64,000 bases of DNA from a virus: IMG/VR virus record IMGVR_UViG_3300023184_000062, positions 36,747 to 100,746 of that record; one strand, 5' to 3'. Positions within the stretch are counted from its first letter, which is position 1. Each line of letters begins with the position of its first letter. The notes beneath the pieces were generated by a model. The model had not been told where the DNA came from and ran no database searches. It worked only from the letters and a program-made list of their open reading frames with translations. The translations under genes and the position numbers were made by a program. Positions 17,832 through 26,903 of the stretch are shown here, in pieces.

Positions 17832-17844
17832 GTAGGAGGTTATC

Positions 17845-18573
17845 GTGGCAACTTGTAAATTTGACTGGTCATCAATAAATCGCTACGAGTTAAACGATTA
17901 CATTTGGTCGATGCATCCTAAAGTAATTAACAAAGAAATGACTATTGCAAATTTCCATAGACTAGTAGGAAATCACATAAAGAAACATATCCCTATTAAA
18001 TTAAAAAAATGGAGAGATAGTGATGTTGAAAACAATTGCACTTGGGTCGGTGGTGCTTACTACAGTGATTTAGATAAACAAAAACAAAAATCAATTGAAT
18101 TAGTACTTGTTTATAAGAGTAGAGAAAATTCAATTAAGATAACTCCACTTAATTTTCAAAGGTCATGTCGTACTATTACTCATACAATAATGCATGAAAT
18201 AATTCATATGCGACAATATCGCCGTAGAAAATTTAAAGAGTTACCCGATTATAATAGCACCGCTAAAAAAACAGAGCAACGAGAAGAACAATCTTATCTT
18301 GGATGTAGTGATGAGATTGATGCGTATGGATTCAATATAGCCTGTGAATTGTTATGGAAATTCAATAATGACACGGATAAAGTAATTTCATACCTCAATG
18401 AGGACCAAAGAGGTAAACGCAGAAAACATAACAGTTGGAGATTGTATTTAAAAGCATTCAATCACGACCACGAGCATCCAATCATAAAACGGGTAAAACA
18501 AAAGGTTGTACGATACTTACCAAATGCAATGTATGGTAAACCCTATCGCAATAAAGATTGGATAAATCATTAA
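17845..18573 (+). CDS. HExxH zinc metallopeptidase-like protein
   Basis: MHEIIHMRQ and downstream DEIDAY; AGGAGG SD, GTG start. Confidence 0.7.
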   Translation: MATCKFDWSSINRYELNDYIWSMHPKVINKEMTIANFHRLVGNHIKKHIPIKLKKWRDSDVENNCTWVGGAYYSDLDKQKQKSIELVLVYKSRENSIKITPLNFQRSCRTITHTIMHEIIHMRQYRRRKFKELPDYNSTAKKTEQREEQSYLGCSDEIDAYGFNIACELLWKFNNDTDKVISYLNEDQRGKRRKHNSWRLYLKAFNHDHEHPIIKRVKQKVVRYLPNAMYGKPYRNKDWINH

Positions 18574-18582
18574 CCATAATAG

Positions 18583-18611
18583 TTGCAACTAGCTAAATTT
18601 TCTGTTATACT
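18583..18611 (+). promoter_or_regulatory. sigma70-like promoter for clpP
   Basis: TTGCAA-N17-TATACT. Confidence 0.55.
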
Positions 18612-18630
18612 TACAATTTTAAGGAAGTAT

Positions 18631-19218
18631 ATGAGTTTAGTACCAATGGTTTTAGAACAAACAAGCAAAGGTGAGCGTAGTTACGATATCTACAGCCGCA
18701 TGTTGCGTGACCGTGTCATTTTGCTTGAGGGCGAAGTACATGACCAAATGGCAAATCTTATTGTTGCCCAATTACTTTACTTAGAAAGTGAAGGAGCAAA
18801 GGATATCAGTCTTTATATCAACAGCCCTGGTGGTAGTGTAACTGCTGGTATGGCAATCTATGACTGTATGCAATTCATTAAACCTGATATTATGACTATC
18901 GTTATGGGTCAAGCATGTAGCATGGGTAGTTTGCTAGCACAAGCAGGTAGTAAAGGTAAGCGTTACATGTTACCCAATGCAAGGCACATGATTCATCAGC
19001 CGAGCGGTGGCGCACGTGGTCAAGCTACCGATATGCTTATTCAAGTAGAAGAAATCCTTGAGATGAAAAGGAACCTTACCAATATCTATGTTAAACACAA
19101 TAGTGCAGGAAAGACGTTTGAACAATTGACACAGGATATGGAACGTGATAACTTTATGTCAGCGGACCAAGCTGTTGCGTATGGGTTAGCTGATATTGTG
19201 ATGGAAAAACGAGAATAA
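18631..19218 (+). CDS. clpP: Clp protease proteolytic subunit ClpP
   Basis: [25 protein letters not shown] (catalytic Ser), MIHQP (His), ERD (Asp); start at MSLVPMV. Confidence 0.97.
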   Translation: MSLVPMVLEQTSKGERSYDIYSRMLRDRVILLEGEVHDQMANLIVAQLLYLESEGAKDISLYINSPGGSVTAGMAIYDCMQFIKPDIMTIVMGQACSMGSLLAQAGSKGKRYMLPNARHMIHQPSGGARGQATDMLIQVEEILEMKRNLTNIYVKHNSAGKTFEQLTQDMERDNFMSADQAVAYGLADIVMEKRE

Positions 19219-19240
19219 GTTGATTAATTATCCTGTTTCA

Positions 19241-19269
19241 TTGACTTTCTTGCCAAACTACTGTAAAAT
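19241..19269 (+). promoter_or_regulatory. sigma70 promoter
   Basis: TTGACT-N17-TAAAAT. Confidence 0.6.
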
Positions 19270-19296
19270 TCTATACTTAACTTAATAGGAGTACCT

Positions 19297-21210
19297 ATGC
19301 TTTATTACAATCTTGGCCCATCAAGTGTTAACACAACTTATGCCCCATTAACAATTCAACAAATTGTTGATAGGGCTACATTAGATTCGGAACAACTACA
19401 TCATTTATATAATGTAGTATTGTACAAACTTTCAACTTCTGCAGGTAAGACAGTCATCTTGCCGGCCCCAATGGGTTCAGGCAAGTCACATACATTGTTT
19501 AATGCTACTATTTTTGGTGCAATACATGATGACCCTAAATTAAGACTTGTACTGATTGTTAATCCAAGGGAAGAATTGGTATCAAATGTTTCAAGTAGTC
19601 TAGCAAAATTTGCTAACAAACAATTAGTTTGTGTGGACGGATCTGAAAAATATATTGATGTTGACGACCAAGAACAATTTGCAGATAGATTGGATCTTCT
19701 AGCAAGAACTAGACCGCAAAAGCGTGACGATCCTGAGTCAGTAGTTATAGCATCGGTTAGCATTCAATGGCTTACTAATCATCATAAGCGTATATGTAAG
19801 CTATTTACATATGGATTAGTTATTTTTGATGAAGTGCATGTGGGATTAAAGATTGCGTCAAAGAATAGTATTTGGGATGATTCAGGTCGCTATCCTAGTA
19901 AGGCATTTAAACAAACATGGGTTCCCATGATGAATGAAATTGCCACTAGTGGTTGGAAATGTCTAGGTATTACAGCGACTCCAAGTGCAAGTCATCAAGG
20001 TCTTACTGCTGACGGATTGAAAATGTTTGAGTTGATATCTGATGTTATGCCAAAGCGTAGGGAAAAGAATTGCTTTCCCAAATTACATTGGTATGCTACA
20101 TTAGAAGAAGTACTTGATGGTTGGAAAGAATTTTGGCTCAATCATATTAATGATACAGAAAAACTAATCAGCAGTATAGATACTGAAACTTGGGATAAAG
20201 CAAAAGAGATCGGTATCTATCCCAAGATGCCAATCTCAATGGTTAAAGCAGGTAGCATTATTGCTTCAAATAGTATTTCACTATTAGGAAATGATCAGGG
20301 CCTTTTTGGTAGAAGTACATTGAAGGATAACTTACACGATTACCATCGTGCGTTGGGAAAGCCAAACATGTTTGCAGTAAATTCTTCTGACTTCAAGTAC
20401 TTTGAAAAACGAAAGAATTCAAACTATGGCATTACACACGGGTATCAGTTGTCTGATGTAATTTATGAATTTAATGATGATGCTAATGCATTGTATAGTG
20501 CTATCTTGCCAGTTATTAACACGGGTATTGTAGGTGTAAGTATCCCTAGATTGACTACATTGGCATACTTGTCGGACCCTAAGAATCCCGGCGAGATTGT
20601 TGATTCGCAAATTCAAACATTGGGTAGACTTAATCGTTTCATTGTTAGTGGTATGCGTTCACATGAAGAAATGCGTGACCAAATCAATTCACTTGATATT
20701 TCAGTATCTCAAAAAATTGCATTGTGTCAGTATATGGTTCATTTTTCTACAAATCACATTTTTGCAATTGATACTGAATTGATGCACAATGCGGTGTTTG
20801 AATATGTTGAAGATACGTTTACACCTGATGAAGGGTTGGCTTATTATATCGGTGCGATGACTGCACATAGTCCAACTTTTAAAAAGCCACACATCAGTCT
20901 GGGATATAATCCCGGTTCACAGAATCAACAGTACAAAAAAGATTACTGTGAACATTGCACACGGTTAGGTTTAGTAAATGAACACGGTGTTACTTATTGT
21001 AAAATTCTAGGACGCACTCTTGCTGAAGATATTGCAAAGCGTAAACTTTCTGATGCAGAATTTGAAAAACATTGGAAAGATGCATTGAAGTTGGATCATA
21101 TTAATAGTAGGCGCGATGACAATCGTCCTGAAAATCATTGCACTAGATGCGGCATTAGTGATGCACTTAAAACATTAATCTGCCTTGATTATTTAACTAG
21201 TTACAAGTAA
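19297..21210 (+). CDS. SF2 (DExH) helicase/ATPase fused to a C-terminal HNH-like nuclease
   Basis: APMGSGKS, DEVH, TATP, QTLGRLNR; CEHC...LDHINS...DNRPEN...C. Confidence 0.8.
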   Translation: MLYYNLGPSSVNTTYAPLTIQQIVDRATLDSEQLHHLYNVVLYKLSTSAGKTVILPAPMGSGKSHTLFNATIFGAIHDDPKLRLVLIVNPREELVSNVSSSLAKFANKQLVCVDGSEKYIDVDDQEQFADRLDLLARTRPQKRDDPESVVIASVSIQWLTNHHKRICKLFTYGLVIFDEVHVGLKIASKNSIWDDSGRYPSKAFKQTWVPMMNEIATSGWKCLGITATPSASHQGLTADGLKMFELISDVMPKRREKNCFPKLHWYATLEEVLDGWKEFWLNHINDTEKLISSIDTETWDKAKEIGIYPKMPISMVKAGSIIASNSISLLGNDQGLFGRSTLKDNLHDYHRALGKPNMFAVNSSDFKYFEKRKNSNYGITHGYQLSDVIYEFNDDANALYSAILPVINTGIVGVSIPRLTTLAYLSDPKNPGEIVDSQIQTLGRLNRFIVSGMRSHEEMRDQINSLDISVSQKIALCQYMVHFSTNHIFAIDTELMHNAVFEYVEDTFTPDEGLAYYIGAMTAHSPTFKKPHISLGYNPGSQNQQYKKDYCEHCTRLGLVNEHGVTYCKILGRTLAEDIAKRKLSDAEFEKHWKDALKLDHINSRRDDNRPENHCTRCGISDALKTLICLDYLTSYK

Positions 21211-21214
21211 TACA

Positions 21215-21439
21215 ATGGAAGACTTTCTTAAACGAAAATTAAATATAGGGGATAGTGTGATATTCATACCACCCTATAGTAAAACAATGACACTGGGCCG
21301 TGTCGTTGCTTTCAGTCCCAAAATGGTTCGTGTAGTGTATCACGGTTGGCGTAATGAAGAACATGAATCTAGTCGCTATCCTAAAGAACTTGTCAGAGTA
21401 GACGGACCAGACCTAACTATGTATTTGCTCAAAAAATAA
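21215..21439 (+). CDS. Small SH3-like hypothetical protein
   Basis: L.IGD.V.F...G.V..F.PKMV.V. Confidence 0.6.
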   Translation: MEDFLKRKLNIGDSVIFIPPYSKTMTLGRVVAFSPKMVRVVYHGWRNEEHESSRYPKELVRVDGPDLTMYLLKK

Positions 21440-21486
21440 GCAAAATAAAGGTTGACAATAAATCATTTTGGGTATATAATACATGT
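21424..21486 (+). repeat. Early promoter repeat copy with an upstream TTGCT-N9-AGCAA palindrome; leaderless start
   Basis: TTGACA(21452)-ataaatcattttgggta-TATAAT, ATG 6 nt later. Confidence 0.85.
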
Positions 21487-21711
21487 ATGCTTAAAAATGA
21501 TACACTACAATGGGGCGGGGTTTTCTTTGTTATCGCAGGGCATTTGCTCAATGCGATGGGAAATATGGACCCTTACAATATAATTGCTTTTGCTTTTGGG
21601 ACGATTTTCTTCCTAATTTGGGCGTTGCGTGTCCGCAACAACCCCCAAATTCTGGTGAATATTGTCTCAATCGCCATTTGTGCTAGTGGCTTATTCAGGG
21701 CCGCGACTTGA
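21487..21711 (+). CDS. Small 3-TM membrane protein
   Basis: Hydrophobic helices; stop inside the next -35 box. Confidence 0.7.
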   Translation: MLKNDTLQWGGVFFVIAGHLLNAMGNMDPYNIIAFAFGTIFFLIWALRVRNNPQILVNIVSIAICASGLFRAAT

Positions 21712-21769
21712 CATTAAATGGTTTTGGGTATATAATATAGACTTAGACAGTTAAGAACAGGACTAGAAA
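21708..21769 (+). repeat. Early promoter/leader/RBS repeat copy
   Basis: TTGACAttaaatggttttgggtaTATAAT...cttagacagtt...AGGA. Confidence 0.9.
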
Positions 21770-22042
21770 ATGCGTACAAAAACAGTGATTGAAGGCTTCA
21801 AAAATTCACAAAAATTCCGTGTGATTTTCAAGGGCGATGGCTCCGAGAACGACATTGGAATGTATATGACGGTCAAGCAAATGACCGAGCAATTTGCTAC
21901 AGTTAACGCCCGCGTATTGTGCTGGGATGCAGTACAACAGTTGGCAAACATGCGTTATTTTGCTAAGGTTGACGGAAAACCAGTGCCCTCCGGACTTGGA
22001 ACTACGATTCGGGGCAAGCAAATTCAAGTGGACCTAGTATAA
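21770..22042 (+). CDS. Early hypothetical protein
   Basis: Follows the promoter repeat. Confidence 0.7.
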   Translation: MRTKTVIEGFKNSQKFRVIFKGDGSENDIGMYMTVKQMTEQFATVNARVLCWDAVQQLANMRYFAKVDGKPVPSGLGTTIRGKQIQVDLV

Positions 22043-22260
22043 TGTACAATTTACTTTACATGGTTGTGGTAGCCCAGTCGCAAATGACATTTTTTCTGGG
22101 CAGTTACAATGATTTAAACAGTTGTCAGAATGCTATCCACGAAATTTACGCAACCAGACTAAATTTACCTAATCAACGCAACCCTGATTTGGAGAAAATT
22201 ATCCAAAAACAGATGGAATTAAACCGAGAATTTGTCTGTATTCCGGTGAAAAAAGGTTGA
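22042..22260 (+). CDS. Early hypothetical protein
   Basis: TAATG-coupled; stop inside the next -35 box. Confidence 0.65.
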   Translation: MYNLLYMVVVAQSQMTFFLGSYNDLNSCQNAIHEIYATRLNLPNQRNPDLEKIIQKQMELNREFVCIPVKKG

Positions 22261-22318
22261 CATTAAATGGGTTTGGGTATATAATACAATCTTAGACAGT
22301 TAATTAAAGGACAAGAAA
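22257..22318 (+). repeat. Early promoter/leader/RBS repeat copy
   Basis: TTGACAttaaatgggtttgggtaTATAAT...cttagacagttaattaaAGGA. Confidence 0.9.
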
Positions 22319-22636
22319 ATGACAGATACAGAATTTGACACTAAATTTGACTACTACGAGACCGTTCGTGAGGAACTAGGATTGAGTGCTATTTGGTCTA
22401 TCTTTGAAGTAGAAAATCTCAGCGAACCCCATCCGTTCAAGGATGCAAAAATTGTTTCTTACAAGGTCTATCATGGTAAGGAATATCAGATTGAAATCAA
22501 TGGTTCTACATGGGCCGCATTGTATGTTGCGGCTAATGCTGTTATTCGTGATAGCCGTGACTATCATGTTTTCATTGAAGCCTTCACCCCGAATGGTAAA
22601 AACCCTGAAATCCTAGAATTGCACACTGGTTCTTAA
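22319..22636 (+). CDS. Early conserved phage hypothetical protein
   Basis: TW..LY.AA...IR.S.D.H.FIE.F...LEL.TGS. Confidence 0.7.
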   Translation: MTDTEFDTKFDYYETVREELGLSAIWSIFEVENLSEPHPFKDAKIVSYKVYHGKEYQIEINGSTWAALYVAANAVIRDSRDYHVFIEAFTPNGKNPEILELHTGS

Positions 22637-22639
22637 TAG

Positions 22640-22702
22640 TTGACAATAAATGGTTTTGGGTATATAATAGAGTCTTAATCAGTTAATTACAGGAGTTTGA
22701 AA
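22640..22702 (+). repeat. Early promoter/leader/RBS repeat copy
   Basis: TTGACAataaatggttttgggtaTATAATagagtcttaatcagttaattacAGGAG. Confidence 0.9.
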
Positions 22703-23131
22703 ATGGGTACACGTTCACGAATTGGTGTTATGCATGGTGACAAACTGAAAAGCGTTTACTGTCATTGGGATGGTTATCTGTCAAACAACGGCAAGATCCT
22801 GCAAGCACACTATGATAGTGCTAAGGCAAATCATCTGGTATCGCTAGGCGACTTGTCTAGCTTGGGTACTACTATTGGCGAAAAGCATGACTTTGATACT
22901 CGCACCGATTGTTGCACTTTCTACGGCCGTGATCGTGAGGAAACTGGTGTTGACTTTACTGTGGATCAATCGTATGACGAGTTTTTGAGCAAGGATTATG
23001 ATTACGAGTACTACTACATTATGAACGATGGTGTATGGTATGTTGGTGTTGCGTATGAGGTTGACGGCATGGTGCCTGGACAACTGTATGTATTGGCTGA
23101 GCAATTGGCTAAGTTAACAGAGGAAGAATAA
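22703..23131 (+). CDS. Conserved phage early protein (MGTRS...YCHWDGY family)
   Basis: MGTRSRIG...SVYCHWDGY; YGRDR.E. Confidence 0.75.
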   Translation: MGTRSRIGVMHGDKLKSVYCHWDGYLSNNGKILQAHYDSAKANHLVSLGDLSSLGTTIGEKHDFDTRTDCCTFYGRDREETGVDFTVDQSYDEFLSKDYDYEYYYIMNDGVWYVGVAYEVDGMVPGQLYVLAEQLAKLTEEE

Positions 23132-23337
23132 TGAACGAACGAATTAAACAACTGTTGATCCAATCAGAGGTCTTTAACAAAGACGGCACTGTACTGAAAG
23201 ATGTGTGTGGATATGAATTGAATAAGTTCGCCGAGTTGATTGTGCAGAAATGTGCTGATATCGGTGAACGGTATGCTGACGGCAACTACGAAGTTCGTAA
23301 TCAGATTATGGCACATTTTGGATTGGAAGAAGCATAA
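23131..23337 (+). CDS. 'MNERIK...KFAELIV...HFG' paralog
   Basis: MNERIKQL...KFAELIVQKCA...HFGLEE. Confidence 0.7.
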   Translation: MNERIKQLLIQSEVFNKDGTVLKDVCGYELNKFAELIVQKCADIGERYADGNYEVRNQIMAHFGLEEA

Positions 23338-23678
23338 TGGAAGCTGTAGTAGAAACAACAGTATGGTCGGGTGATGTTCAGCCCAATCATAAATATTTGC
23401 TTGATGGTACCAAAGTACTTGCGTATATCAAGCAGGGTTCTACTACGCCACTCTATCTCAAAACTCCATTGACAATTGACAAGCGTGGTCGTAAGTTTGC
23501 CCCACTAAAAACAAATCCTTTCAAAAAGGTCAAAGAAAAGAGTACAATCGTCAAAGTGTCCGGTAGCAAGGGTCAGGTGTACTCTATTGACACAGAAGAA
23601 AAGTCATGCACTTGTCCTGGATATACATTCCGTGGCGCTTGCAAACATTTATCAGAGTTGACAACAAATGGTGTTTAG
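23337..23678 (+). CDS. SWIM zinc-finger protein
   Basis: GSKG..Y.I...SCTCPGYTFRGACKH. Confidence 0.8.
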   Translation: MEAVVETTVWSGDVQPNHKYLLDGTKVLAYIKQGSTTPLYLKTPLTIDKRGRKFAPLKTNPFKKVKEKSTIVKVSGSKGQVYSIDTEEKSCTCPGYTFRGACKHLSELTTNGV

Positions 23679-23686
23679 TGTATTAT
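23658..23686 (+). promoter_or_regulatory. Diverged early promoter copy
   Basis: TTGACAacaaatggtgtttagtgTATTAT. Confidence 0.65.
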
Positions 23687-23729
23687 AAGGGCTTAATCAT
23701 TATTGATTAAGACTTTACAGGACCTATAT

Positions 23730-24311
23730 ATGACATACATTGCTACAAAACTTGATTACATTCAATCACTGATTGATGAGGGAAATACTGTCGTTGTACA
23801 AAATCAAAGATACAACTGGGCAGGATCTGTGCATCGTGTGATTACTGAAAAAGATAAAGATATGGGTGAGGGCTTCTTTATCTCTGAGTGGTGGCATAAA
23901 CCTGCTAGGAAGCCTGGCAAGATTGGACCATACAGTAAAAAAGCAATTGATAAATTGCATATCGTAAAACTTAGTGACAAGCATTATGAAGTTTATCATA
24001 GTGAAAAAGATTATCTAACTAAGCCACGCATTGAAAAGACTAGTAAATGGTATGATGATTTGGAAGCAGATAAAAAACTTAATGCTTTCACATATTTTTA
24101 TACATACACTCTTTCAAATCCCAATGAACGTCTAAAGAAGAATCGTGTTAGAAATTCAGGCGTATCTATGTCAGGCCCAACTGAGCCAGACTTGAATGAA
24201 GTATTTGATAGAGTATCTAATTATACAAAACACTTAGGTGTAGTATCAAACTTGAAACTTGAGTGTGTGCGTACTTGGGAAGAAGAAAACACACATCAAC
24301 TTGCGAGATAA
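23730..24311 (+). CDS. Hypothetical protein
   Basis: AGGA SD, own promoter. Confidence 0.65.
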   Translation: MTYIATKLDYIQSLIDEGNTVVVQNQRYNWAGSVHRVITEKDKDMGEGFFISEWWHKPARKPGKIGPYSKKAIDKLHIVKLSDKHYEVYHSEKDYLTKPRIEKTSKWYDDLEADKKLNAFTYFYTYTLSNPNERLKKNRVRNSGVSMSGPTEPDLNEVFDRVSNYTKHLGVVSNLKLECVRTWEEENTHQLAR

Positions 24312-24317
24312 TCGGAA

Positions 24318-24346
24318 TTGACAATAAATCAAGTATAGTGTATACT
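24318..24346 (+). promoter_or_regulatory. sigma70 early promoter
   Basis: TTGACA-N17-TATACT. Confidence 0.75.
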
Positions 24347-24373
24347 ATTATTTTAATTACTTAGGAGTAGATT

Positions 24374-24742
24374 ATGAACGGATTTGATCGCATACTAGAA
24401 TTGAAACAGAATGGCGCAACATTGATTTCTCGCTTTTCGGAATACTACGGGCTAGAGATTTTTGATGTTCATAACCCACATGATAAAAAGTATATGAGTG
24501 GGTTGATTATGGAACTGGATGAAGATGACTATCTACTAAATTCTATGGCAGTAGATGAAACAGGTGTTCCAATGGAACTAAATATTACACACGAGGAAAA
24601 CGAAAATATCCCCGTAGGTAAAAAAGCTAGTGTTGTAGGAACATCAATAAGTCAATCAGATTTATTGGCATTACATCAAACTGGTCCAAACACATATGAT
24701 GTTTATATAAATGATAAACAAATGAAAAAAGCATTAAAATGA
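24374..24742 (+). CDS. Hypothetical protein
   Basis: AGGAG SD. Confidence 0.65.
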   Translation: MNGFDRILELKQNGATLISRFSEYYGLEIFDVHNPHDKKYMSGLIMELDEDDYLLNSMAVDETGVPMELNITHEENENIPVGKKASVVGTSISQSDLLALHQTGPNTYDVYINDKQMKKALK

Positions 24743-25581
24743 AAATAGCACTATGTAGTGATTTACATTTAGAATTTATGGATATCAACATTCAAAATAC
24801 AGAGAATGCTGATGTATTAATCTTGTCCGGCGATATTCTTGTAGCCGAGGACCTGCACAACCATCCTGAAGTGCATCCAATGGACCCAGTTAACATCCCT
24901 AACTTGGGTCGCAGACAATCAACTGCATTACGTTTCCGTGACTTTATGAAACGCTGTAGCTTTCAATTCCCGCATGTAGTAGTAATTGCAGGCAATCACG
25001 AATTCTATCATGGTAACTGGAAAGCCAGTATCCAGTACCTGCGTGATGAATATAGTAAGTTTCCAAACATCTATTTCCTTGAGCAAGAACTTAAGGTCAT
25101 TAATGATGTGACATTTATTGGTGCAACATTGTGGACTGACTGTAACAAAGGTGACCCTCTTACGCTTCATGCATTGGGTGATATGATGAATGACTTTAGA
25201 ATCATTCGTAATGATGAACTTGGTTTTACTAAGTTACGTCCTGCTCATGCTATGCATCGCCATCACCGCACACTTGGTTATTTGAAAGCAGTATTGCCTG
25301 ACTTGAAAGATAAGAAGGTTGTATTTGTTGGTCACCATGCACCTACCTTGAATAGCATACATGAAAAATATCGCAATGATCAATTGATGAATGGTGGTTA
25401 TGCTAGTGACTTGAGCGAACTTATACTAGATAATCCACAGATTAAACTTTGGACGCATGGTCACATGCATGATCCTTTTGACTACATGGTTGGTGAAACC
25501 CGCGTGGTTTGCAATCCTCGTGGTTATGCAGGACATGATGCACAAGCCGATGTGTTTGAAGTAAAGTTTTTGGACATCTAA
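24739..25581 (+). CDS. Calcineurin-like metallophosphoesterase (intact)
   Basis: SDLH, GDI, GNHE, GATLW, HHAP, HGHMH, NPRGY. Confidence 0.92.
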   Translation: MKIALCSDLHLEFMDINIQNTENADVLILSGDILVAEDLHNHPEVHPMDPVNIPNLGRRQSTALRFRDFMKRCSFQFPHVVVIAGNHEFYHGNWKASIQYLRDEYSKFPNIYFLEQELKVINDVTFIGATLWTDCNKGDPLTLHALGDMMNDFRIIRNDELGFTKLRPAHAMHRHHRTLGYLKAVLPDLKDKKVVFVGHHAPTLNSIHEKYRNDQLMNGGYASDLSELILDNPQIKLWTHGHMHDPFDYMVGETRVVCNPRGYAGHDAQADVFEVKFLDI

Positions 25582-25691
25582 GTATGTTGTCTGGGCAACA
25601 AAATGTCCAATATATGTTGCATTAACAACAGTATTATTGTATAATTGTTCTACATCGTGCGAACGATGAATCATTTAATAAGGAAAACAAA

Positions 25692-25949
25692 ATGACTTTA
25701 ACTAAACAAGCCCGTGTCCTAGAGGCACTACAATCTGGTGAGCAACTTACCGCAAAACAAATCGCCGCACGTTTTGGCGTAAAGAACCCAACCGCTACTG
25801 TTAGCGACTTGCGTTTCGCTGGTTATGCAGTTTATGCAAACAAGCACACCGACACCAAAGGTCGTACTTCTACTAAGTACCGTTTGGGTCGTCCAAGCCG
25901 TGAAATCGTAGCTGCTGGCTACAAAGCAATGGCTCTTGGTCTAGTCTAA
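25692..25949 (+). CDS. Winged helix-turn-helix DNA-binding protein
   Basis: LTAKQIAARFGVKNPTATVSDLR..GY.VY.N...KYRLG. Confidence 0.75.
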   Translation: MTLTKQARVLEALQSGEQLTAKQIAARFGVKNPTATVSDLRFAGYAVYANKHTDTKGRTSTKYRLGRPSREIVAAGYKAMALGLV

Positions 25950-25969
25950 TCTCGGGATGAGATGAGCAG

Positions 25970-25995
25970 GAAAGGGTGCATTGCACCCTTTCTTT
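25970..25995 (+). terminator. Rho-independent terminator
   Basis: GAAAGGGTGCA-T-TGCACCCTTTC followed by TTT. Confidence 0.8.
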
Positions 25996-26042
25996 ACTTG
26001 TAAAAAAATCAATTTTGTGTTATAATTAACAAAGGAAATAAT

Positions 26043-26267
26043 ATGTATATTACACTAACAAACGCAACACCCGCACACCGCGGAAACAAACTAGCAATTG
26101 ATGGCAAACTAATTGCTACAATTCATAATTCAACTATTACCCGTGAAACAGGTGAAACTGAAAACGTTACATTCGTTTTTTGTCCACCGCATGGTACTTG
26201 GGAAGTTGTTGAATCATTGGAAGAAGTAGTTGCTGAACTTAACAATGATATTTGGAATCGTAAATGA
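26043..26267 (+). CDS. FlbD-like small protein
   Basis: M.ITLT...I...LI.TI...V.ESLEEVV resembles the FlbD family. Confidence 0.45.
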   Translation: MYITLTNATPAHRGNKLAIDGKLIATIHNSTITRETGETENVTFVFCPPHGTWEVVESLEEVVAELNNDIWNRK

Positions 26268-26545
26268 ACGACCAAACTAGAGAAGTATTGCTAATCCTAC
26301 AAGAGGAATGCGCTGAGGTAACACAAGCAATTAGCAAATGTTTTCGTTTTGGACCTGATCAAATGAAGCCAGGCAAAGATAGAACAAACGTCAATATGCT
26401 TGAAGAAGAAATTGGCGATCTATACGCTATGGTTGAATTGCTTGTTGATTTAAAGATTGGGGTAACCCAAAACGGTATCAGTAAAGCAAAGAAACAGAAA
26501 TTTGAAAAATTGAAACAATGGTCTAACTTGAAAATTAATAAATAA
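26264..26545 (+). CDS. MazG-like NTP pyrophosphohydrolase
   Basis: QEECAEV...LEEEIGDL. Confidence 0.8.
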   Translation: MNDQTREVLLILQEECAEVTQAISKCFRFGPDQMKPGKDRTNVNMLEEEIGDLYAMVELLVDLKIGVTQNGISKAKKQKFEKLKQWSNLKINK

Positions 26546-26549
26546 CATT

Positions 26550-26903
26550 ATGGATTACTCTCTTACTTATTTCTTGGATCTTGTTTTTGCCTTCTTATTA
26601 GGAGCGTGGATAACTGATAAGATTATTTTTTACAAAATACGTAAAACATTAGAAGAAGCCGGAGTAGATTTTGAAGATGATGAAGAAGATAAAGTAGAAG
26701 TAATTAAAGTTAAGAAATGTTTTGTAGAGAAAATTAACGGATCATTATACCTTTACGAACATACTACAAATAGCTTTATTGGTCAAGCTAAATCATTAGA
26801 TGAACTTGCTATTCTTGCCAAGGATCAGGCCAGAGTTGTAGGGGTAAGTTATAATGAAGAAGTACTTTGGTTTGTTGACGGGAAAGTTAGGACTACAATA
26901 TGA
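26550..26903 (+). CDS. Membrane-anchored hypothetical protein
   Basis: N-terminal TM; F.GQ...LDEL. Confidence 0.65.
   Translation: MDYSLTYFLDLVFAFLLGAWITDKIIFYKIRKTLEEAGVDFEDDEEDKVEVIKVKKCFVEKINGSLYLYEHTTNSFIGQAKSLDELAILAKDQARVVGVSYNEEVLWFVDGKVRTTI

Noticed and set aside
12856-19218. Interpretation as a bacterial chromosome segment (clpPX, rpsU, infA, sod, erpA)
   Set aside because: No bacterial synteny (no tig/lon), genes are interspersed with phage hypotheticals and T4-type late promoters, and a phage-type ATP ligase and virion genes are present
21452-22702. Repeats at roughly regular intervals resembling a CRISPR array or integron attC sites
   Set aside because: The intervening segments are 200-500 bp genes, the repeats are non-palindromic sigma70 promoters, and no cas or integrase gene is in the window
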